Assembly: GCF_001194135.2 (NCBI RefSeq)
Contig: NC_069006.1
Span: forward strand, 2,487,765 to 2,546,698
Reading direction: 5' to 3'
DNA length: 58,934 bases
Source of the DNA: Octopus bimaculoides
Lineage: Eukaryota
Both the position numbers and the translations under genes were made by a program. The notes under the pieces are model-generated. The model had not been told where the DNA came from. It searched no databases and was given only the letters and a program-made list of their open reading frames with translations. Each line of letters opens with the position of its first letter. The first letter of the stretch is position 1. Shown here one piece after another: positions 53,389 to 58,934 of this stretch.

Positions 53389-56353
53389 ACATGTACTACA
53401 TATGTGGGAAATTCTGTTTGTGGGTGTGTTTGTGGACTTGTTATCTAACTCCTACATCGCTTTATCAATTTTGATGAAACTTGACACGTGAGTAGAACTC
53501 ATGTCTGGAAATGTTATGGCACACTCAGATTCAATCAAAGGAAATAACCCACTCACTTTCCTAAATCATTTGGTATAAATCAAATTGAGTATGCTTATTT
53601 TTTAGTATTTGAACCGTTAGAATTATTTTGACAATTTACCCAGTACAACCCTTAAACAAGTAAATAGTAGTTTCCTAAACAATAAATCCACTTACTTCGA
53701 TTAGTGACTTATTCATGAATAAACCAACACTAGCACCGCTGAGAGTAATATTCTCTGGGAACGCACAAGAGCCCTTTTTAGAGATATTTACTTTGAATTG
53801 TTATCTCATATCTGATTAGTCTGCTATTACGTAACATGCTTCACGATTTTAGTATACATACATATTTAATATTTCTTCCTAAGTTCTATATACTCTGAGA
53901 ACGGGTTAAAGCCCTTTTAGGTGATACTTTATTTGAATTCTTACTATCGGGAAACTGACTTCATGTTATTACATAACTGATTTTCACAATTTGGGTATTC
54001 ATAACTTATTGGGATTTCCTAAAAACAAGATCCTGTGTAAGACAGTTCGGTATTCTCTGTAAAGGCACAAAAACCGTTTTAAGGGCTACACGCTTTGTAT
54101 TGTTGTTACTGGATTAGCGAAACAATTATGAGAACGGAACCAAGAGATAAGCCCTGCTTTCCCTTGAATTACTGTGTACGTCAGCTAGTACATAGATACA
54201 TAGATACACACATACATAGATACATTTATACACACACACACGCACACACACACACACACNNNNNNNNNNNNNNNNNNNNNNNNNNNNNNNNNNNNNNNNN
54301 NNNNNNNNNNNNNNNNNNNNNNNNNNNNNNNNNNNNNNNNNNNNNNNNNNNNNNNNNNNNNNNNNNNNNNNNNNNNNNNNNNNNNNNNNNNNTATATCAA
54401 ATGAATAATAACTGAAGATAGCTAATTGTCAGCTCGTTACAGCTGTTACTTATGCATCTTTTTAATAGAAGAATGAGAACATTACTCCATTACAAAAGAA
54501 CGTAATCATCAGATGAAGTATAAATTAGGGGAGGGTACGAAGGCAATCGAATAAGATTGCCGTCGTTCCCTTCCCCAACTTTCAACCAATATCCACAGAA
54601 TACTCATAAATTCTGTGTGTCTCTGCTTTCCTGTAGCCTTAGCTAGCGAATCTTAAACCCTAACCCTATGCCAATTGCCTTATATGCATTTATTTTTCTT
54701 CACTTTTACTTTTCGCTTTCTTTATTCTTTATTCTTAATTTCTTAGGTCCTCTCCCAGCTACCCACTTTTCTAAGCCTACTATAATAAATTATCATCCAC
54801 ACCCCGCTCTGAACTACCAGTCTAGCAGACTCCTATCTCAACCGGGTCGCTGACTTTAAATATTATATTACACCCTTTCACAAACTATATTCTTGACCTC
54901 AACGGTCAAATTTGCTGGTCATTCTCCAATTTCATAGTTGGCCTCGACAGACTGCAGCCATGTCCCTGCTGTATTCTCAGGATATTCTTTTGTTCGTAAA
55001 ATTACGTCTTATCTGATGATTACATTCTTTTGTAATGGAGTAATGTTCTCATTCTTCTATTAAAAAGGTGCGTAAACAACGGATGTAATGAGCTGACAAT
55101 TATCCATCGTCTGTTATTATTCATTTGATTTATAATACAGCAATGGGATTTACGACTTGTCGGACACTCCAGACTATACCAACATCGTACAATTGAACGT
55201 AATGTGTGCCTTGGACCAGCGCCTAAGCACTAAATACTCATAGGGTTCGTTTTCTCTGTGTACACAACCAGAATATCCTATTTGATACTTAAGCATATGC
55301 CTGGATCACAGGTTTATCCAAACTTACCTGGTGCATATCTTTTCAAGTACCTCTTTCTATCTGAGTATATAGAGTTCGAATTTACAGAAAACAAAAACGA
55401 AGACAAATGAGGGAATAAAAAGCAGGTGTATTAATTTGACGCTCGGAAAGGATGGAAAGGTCTTTGAAGTTTCAAGCCTACGCTATTCGACAGAAAGTAG
55501 TGAGAGGGAAAAATAGAAAGAGAACGAAAAAAACGGTGAGAGAAAAACTGCGTAGGAATTAGATTCAATATGTTGAAATGACGGCAAGAAAGTATGCTGA
55601 CTAAAGTGTGGGATTTATCTCTAGAAAGTATCCCATATAGATGTAAACCTGACAAATGTGGCATCTTTTGGTTCTTCCCCAAATTTCTAAAATGAGACTG
55701 ACAGATGGTTATATGCAGATCCTTTTGATATCTCCAGAGTGATGCGCAACTATGTTTCCAGCGAACGTGAGCGTTTTAGGAGTAGTGAGTAACAAAGTTA
55801 ATGCTCTATCACCGAACATCTATCCACAAAGTCTTAAAATTAATGATACTGTTGGATACTTCGAGTCACTGGAGAGAATTATCAAGCTCTTGATGTATGA
55901 CGTATGAAATGAAAGGCCATTCTGTTTTTGCTAGTGTAAAGTTGTTTTATTAAATTACTGAATATGCTTTCGTGTACCACTCGTATCCCGTACGTGCGGG
56001 GTTCAATCTATTTTATAAGGTAATTAGGTACGAAATACCGTAATTTTTTTTCAGCTTTATATAACATACACGCGTTTCTCTAAACCGATTGGGTCTCTTG
56101 CGCAATCTGCGTAGCAATGCTGCTGCTAATACCGAGGAAGATATCCGATCTCTTCGTGCAAAAATGCCAATCAGCTGTTGGAAACGAGTCTAAATTATAT
56201 AAAACGTAATAAATATAATTACGTTTTCTACATTTCTTACATAAAAATGTGTTCGTTTGTGTGTGTGACAGAGAGGGGATGAGAGAGAGAGAGAAAGAAA
56301 AAGAGAGAGAGAATATACATATATGCATACAAATATATATATATAGATATACG

Positions 56354-56386
<33 letters not shown>

Positions 56387-56647
56387 ATGTGTGTATTTAT
56401 CTGTATGTGTATGTGCGTGCAAAAGTATATTATGTTTCGAAAATAAATGCACGATGATTACGTTTGAAACATGCTTGATTGTATATCTGTTGGATCAGGC
56501 TAAATGTTGGGGGTGGGACCACAATTTCAGAAATATACTCACCGATACCATATCATCAACCCATCCGCCATGTTTTTCCTGATACGCTTTAACTTTTTGA
56601 ATATCTTCAATTATCTTCACTGTCTCACCAACGAGAAATTGATCATC
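31802..56647 (-). CDS. MIB2: MIB2-like E3 ubiquitin ligase, paralogue B, 11 coding exons (56647-56543, 51970-51829, 47412-47279, 46475-46327, 44221-44065, 42403-42249, 39253-39127, 35963-35754, 33433-33261, 32616-32420, 31983-31802); N-terminal exons not seen
   Basis: All exons are AG/GT-bounded and phase-compatible, giving 1731 nt of continuous ORF (576 aa plus stop): Mib-REP (QEKHGGW), ankyrin repeats ([43 protein letters not shown]), two RINGs. The [20 protein letters not shown] segment is typical of MIB2. Confidence 0.92.
32420..32616 (-). CDS. MIB2: Paralogue B exon, first RING finger
   Basis: ttccgtag acceptor, GTAAGC donor; CMLC..CCH..CEHC..CLQC. Confidence 0.93.
33261..33433 (-). CDS. 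MIB2: Paralogue B exon ([41 protein letters not shown]...KVASL)
   Basis: atacag acceptor, GTAAGT donor; 173 nt. Confidence 0.93.
34030..35397 (-). mobile_element. Penelope-like element RT/C-terminal fragment in an intron of paralogue B, carrying a 78-bp SINE-tail insertion (34708-34785)
   Basis: [32 protein letters not shown]|[19 protein letters not shown]. Confidence 0.85.
35599..35738. repeat. 35-bp minisatellite, 4 perfect copies, continuing into a gap
   Basis: GTTTTCAGACACATACCGACATGCATGAATAAAAT x4. Confidence 0.95.
35754..35963 (-). CDS. MIB2: Paralogue B ankyrin exon ([52 protein letters not shown]...IIEN)
   Basis: gttttttag acceptor, GTAAGT donor; 210 nt; the ORF track shows only its antisense frame. 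Confidence 0.93.
35990..36650. repeat. (GGT/GAT)-rich low-complexity tract upstream of the 210-nt exon acceptor; shorter homologue at 1050-1200
   Basis: Composition, plus similarity of the last ~45 nt before AG in both paralogues. Confidence 0.8.
39127..39253 (-). CDS. MIB2: Paralogue B ankyrin exon ([42 protein letters not shown])
   Basis: ttcttcag acceptor, GTAAGT donor; phases 2/0. Confidence 0.92.
39395..39780 (-). mobile_element. Full-length tRNA-derived SINE with (CAA)n tail
   Basis: A box TGGCCCAGTGG, B box GTTTCGATTCC, 3' body shared with 6045 and 26720 copies. Confidence 0.85.
40517..42160 (+). mobile_element. Helitron remnant (PIF1-like helicase fragments)
   Basis: TCTATATATATAAAA-type start; [36 protein letters not shown] (compare GDFRQxLPV), ILAPKN. 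Confidence 0.65.
42249..42403 (-). CDS. MIB2: Paralogue B ankyrin exon ([51 protein letters not shown]); not in the ORF track
   Basis: tatttccag acceptor, GTAAGT donor; phases 0/2. Confidence 0.92.
42729..42776 (+). ncRNA. Type I hammerhead motif, probably inactivated (C15.2-A16.2 mismatch)
   Basis: GUCU CUGAUGA UGGGA..UCCCU GAAAC AGCU AUA AGAC; palindromic AGCU loop. Confidence 0.65.
43069..43277. repeat. AT-rich palindrome / foldback, about 100-bp arms and 9-nt loop
   Basis: Arms 43069-43167 and 43177-43277 are reverse complements at roughly 85-90% identity. Confidence 0.9.
44065..44221 (-). CDS. MIB2: Paralogue B ankyrin exon ([52 protein letters not shown]); not in the ORF track
   Basis: aattctag acceptor, GTTAGT donor; phases 2/0. 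Confidence 0.92.
45053..45096 (-). ncRNA. Minimal hammerhead motif, inverted twin of 45337-45380, with C15.2-to-G change
   Basis: Same sequence but GAAAG GUU, so the palindrome is broken. Confidence 0.65.
45337..45380 (+). ncRNA. Minimal (dimer-type) hammerhead motif, intact
   Basis: ACAC CUGACGA A GGCUG..CAGCC GAAAC GUU GUGU; stem III is the palindrome AACGUU. Confidence 0.75.
46327..46475 (-). CDS. MIB2: Paralogue B ankyrin exon ([49 protein letters not shown]); not in the ORF track
   Basis: ccacag acceptor, GTATGT donor; ankyrin consensus. Confidence 0.92.
47279..47412 (-). CDS. MIB2: Paralogue B exon, linker and start of ankyrin domain ([10 protein letters not shown]...[22 protein letters not shown])
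   Basis: ttctctag acceptor, GTAAGC donor; phases 1/0. Confidence 0.88.
47497..48176 (+). mobile_element. Internally deleted mariner element with both TIRs and TA TSD
   Basis: Degenerate TIRs cgatgcgacatcaaaacgttccc / gggaaacttttgatactacctcg, TA at 47495 and 48177; MKFCVKLGK and DDNAPCH..YSPDLAP..LKGRRF. Confidence 0.85.
49672..49737 (-). ncRNA. Degenerate type I hammerhead motif (U4C, 5-nt loop III)
   Basis: AUUAUUAG CCGAUGA GAAUG...CAUUU GAAAC ACCGA GUA CUAUAAU. Confidence 0.45.
50756..50790 (-). ncRNA. Minimal hammerhead-like motif with variant core CUGUUGA
   Basis: CUUU CUGUUGA A GAGC-GUA-GCUC GAAAC GUU AAAG. Confidence 0.55.
51829..51970 (-). CDS. MIB2: Paralogue B exon, Mib-REP second half ([33 protein letters not shown]...); not in the ORF track
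   Basis: ttttgtttgtag acceptor, GTAAGT donor; phases 0/1 bridge the neighbouring exons; LGK...NP.C pattern. Confidence 0.85.
52480..53190 (-). mobile_element. Mariner transposase remnant
   Basis: [24 protein letters not shown] and LLHDKARPH motifs on the - strand. Confidence 0.75.
54396..55129. mobile_element. Foldback/MITE-like element with about 119-bp terminal inverted repeats and a 496-bp spacer
   Basis: 54396-54514 is the reverse complement of 55011-55129, including a perfect 40-bp core. Confidence 0.6.
55462..55497 (-). ncRNA. Degenerate member of the CUGUYGA hammerhead-like family
   Basis: CUUU CUGUCGA A UAGC-GUAG-GCUU GAAAC UUC AAAG. Confidence 0.4.
56543..56647 (-). CDS. MIB2: Paralogue B exon, Mib-REP first half ([35 protein letters not shown])
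   Basis: tttcag acceptor, GTGAGT donor; the G-x2-V-K-I...Q-x2-HGGW motif of the Mib/SH3-like repeat. Confidence 0.88.
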
Positions 56648-57725
56648 CTGAAACATGGATAAATAAAAGCAAAACATGCCTATGTATATATATATATATA
56701 TATATAAATATACATTTATATAGGTATTTATACATATGCATACATACATATTTATATACATGTATGTATAAACTACATATTTCTCCTAAGCATTGCGAGA
56801 CTAATAACCTGGTGCAAAACTCAGTGTACATATGTTTCAGAACAAAGAGTTAGTTGAGGATAGAGCGGTAATAAGAAAGAAGGATGACACAGGAAAAGCA
56901 NNNNNNNNNNNNNNNNNNNNNNNNNNNNNNNNNNNNNNNNNNNNNNNNNNNNNNNNNNNNNNNNNNNNNNNNNNNNNNNNNNNNNNNNNNNNNNNNNNNN
57001 NNNNNNNNNNNNNNNNNNNNNNNNNNNNNNNNNNNNNNNNNNNNNNNNNNNNNNNNNNNNNNNNNNNNNNNNNNNNNNNNNNNNNNNNNNNNNNNNNNNN
57101 NNNNNNNNNNNNNNNNNNNNNNNNNNNNNNNNNNNNNNNNNNNNNNNNNNNNNNNNNNNNNNNNNNNNNNNNNNNNNNNNNNNNNNNNNNNNNNNNNNNN
57201 NNNNNNNNNNNNNNNNNNNNNNNNNNNNNNNNNNNNNNNNNNNNNNNNNNNNNNNNNNNNNNNNNNNNNNNNNNNNNNNNNNNNNNNNNNNNNNNNNNNN
57301 NNNNNNNNNNNNNNNNNNNNNNNNNNNNNNNNNNNNNNNNNNNNNNNNNNNNNNNNNNNNNNNNNNNNNNNNNNNNNNNNNNNNNNNNNNNNNNNNNNNN
57401 NNNNNNNNNNNNNNNNNNNNNNNNNNNNNNNNNNNNNNNNNNNNNNNNNNNNNNNNNNNNNNNNTATATATATATATTATTTTGTTTAAAAGAGTTCCAA
57501 CACTGTCTGTTTTTTATGTTTTATTTATATTCCTGCAGAACTAATGTGGGGTGTAGAATATGGAATATACAATATATAATATAATATACAATATACAATA
57601 TAAAATAAAATAAAATAAAAATGGATGGCACCATGAAAGAAAGTATTGAATGTAGATGAAATATTGAGTGTTCAATATAAAGGATCAAATATATAAATAT
57701 ATAAATATAAATATAAATATATAAA

Positions 57726-57764
57726 GGCGACTCGAGTTTCAGGGCTATTTCCCTTCGTCATGGC
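57726..57764 (-). ncRNA. Type I hammerhead motif related to 19150-19192, core interrupted (CAUGACGA)
   Basis: GGC CAUGACGA AGGG-AAAUAG-CCCU GAAAC UCGA GUC GCC; palindromic UCGA loop. Confidence 0.6.
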
Positions 57765-58897
57765 CGGTATGACAGACTTTAACAGACTATATATATATAT
57801 ATATATATAAATATACATTTATATAGGTATTTATACATATGCATACATACATATTTATATACATGTATGTATAAACTACATATTTCTCCTAAGCATTGCG
57901 AGACTAATAACCTGGTGCAAAACTCAGTGTACATATGTTTCAGAACAAAGAGTTAGTTGAGGATAGAGCGGTAATAAGAAAGAAGGATGACACAGGAAAA
58001 GCAGTGGTTTATGCTATGAACTCCATTAGTTTCTGGCTCTTTTTGCTAGAAGAAGCACTTGACACATGGTTCAGTGCCTGAATAATATCTTATAGCTTCA
58101 TCAGAGCTTCGAAAATGAAATGCAGTTTATTGGAGTGGGGGTGAGAATTATATTTTTGAAGTATCCAGGGAAAGTGTTACCGGTGAGGAAGTCAAAGCTG
58201 ATGTATATAGAAAAATGTGTCCAAAAGGCAGTTAGATTTGTTAGTAGAAAAAGTAGACAAAAAAGACAGAAGGAAACAGAAAACGAATACTATTTGTGTA
58301 TATATATATATATATATATACATAGTTAAGGGATCAGCAACAGTTGCTTCACCACATATCGAAGTTCAGAAATAGCAGCTAAAGTGCTAAAGCTCCAACA
58401 GATAGCAGTACTTGTAACTCACAAAGGCAAAACAATAAGAAAAAACAACGAAACTAACCAGTCTTAGTTAATCATATACGCGTTTCTGGATTAGAATGGT
58501 AAAAACCTTCATTCCCGTCATCAGTATGATATTCTAGTTTGCAGGTCTTGTTTACATACCGAAGGGGTTGCTAAAAATTATTAATTATTAATTTATTAAT
58601 GAATTAATATTCTTTTACCATTTTATTTGTATATATATATAAGTGAATACAATATTTCTGTACACAAAGAGAACTTTGACAGGACGTGTCTCATGAATTG
58701 TTTTCTTTTGTTTTGTTTTTTTCGTGGTTTAGGTTTTAACTTGCCTTTTTAGGCCTGTCAAAGGTCTCCTCTTTGAGTACAGAAATATTCTATACACTTT
58801 TATATTTCTAAAAATATGTTATGTCTTATGGCTTTTATTTATGCATGCTAACCACTGGTAATAAATAATTTTAATTATTACTCTCATATTTACGATG

Positions 58898-58934
<37 letters not shown>

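Larger units (their letters stand above)
9171..57464. other. Assembly gaps: 9171-10095, 10532-10929, 12052-12061, 13019-13590, 17024-17371, 19314-20091, 27617-27798, 33571-33981, 35398-35598, 43664-43673, 48753-49503, 50374-50655, 54260-54392, 56901-57464
   Basis: Runs of N, mostly flanked by (TA)n or (CA)n microsatellites. Confidence 0.99.

Noticed and set aside
55011-55050. CUGAUGA followed by a hairpin (possible HHR or C/D box)
   Set aside because: No GAAA or stem III; part of a terminal inverted repeat.
8984-57584. Long ORFs containing X
   Set aside because: They run through N gaps and are artefacts.
58040-58110. HHR-like CUGAUGA on the - strand; similar traces at 34030-34110, 38685-38730, 40255-40310 and 30140-30215
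   Set aside because: Core or stems too degenerate to call; may be old pLTR relics.

Overview
AT-rich, microsatellite- and transposon-dense eukaryotic genomic DNA with 14 assembly gaps. The repeat families and gene content suggest a coleoid cephalopod, probably an Octopus draft assembly (inference). The only host genes I can support are two intron-containing MIB2 (mind bomb 2)-like ankyrin-RING E3 ligase paralogues arranged tail-to-tail. The + copy shows its last 4 coding exons (1219-8260). The - copy shows 11 phase-compatible coding exons (56647-31802, about 576 aa: Mib-REP, ankyrin repeats, two RINGs). Equivalent exons have the same lengths and phases (210/210, 173/173, 200/197, 182/182 nt), but the proteins are only about 50% identical. 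The rest is decayed mobile DNA: RTE, Tx1/L1, R4/Dong-like and Penelope retroelements, tRNA-derived SINEs, mariner/Tc1 and a Helitron. Invisible to the ORF track are about nine hammerhead-ribozyme (HHR)-like motifs. These include an intact type I HHR inside a 347-nt, rod-like, directly repeated unit (retrozyme-like, 18948-19313) and an inverted pair of minimal dimer-type HHRs in a 465-bp insertion with a 13-bp target-site duplication. ORFs containing X, and poly-IY/HT/CV ORFs, are artefacts of gaps and microsatellites. All alignments and counts were made by eye.
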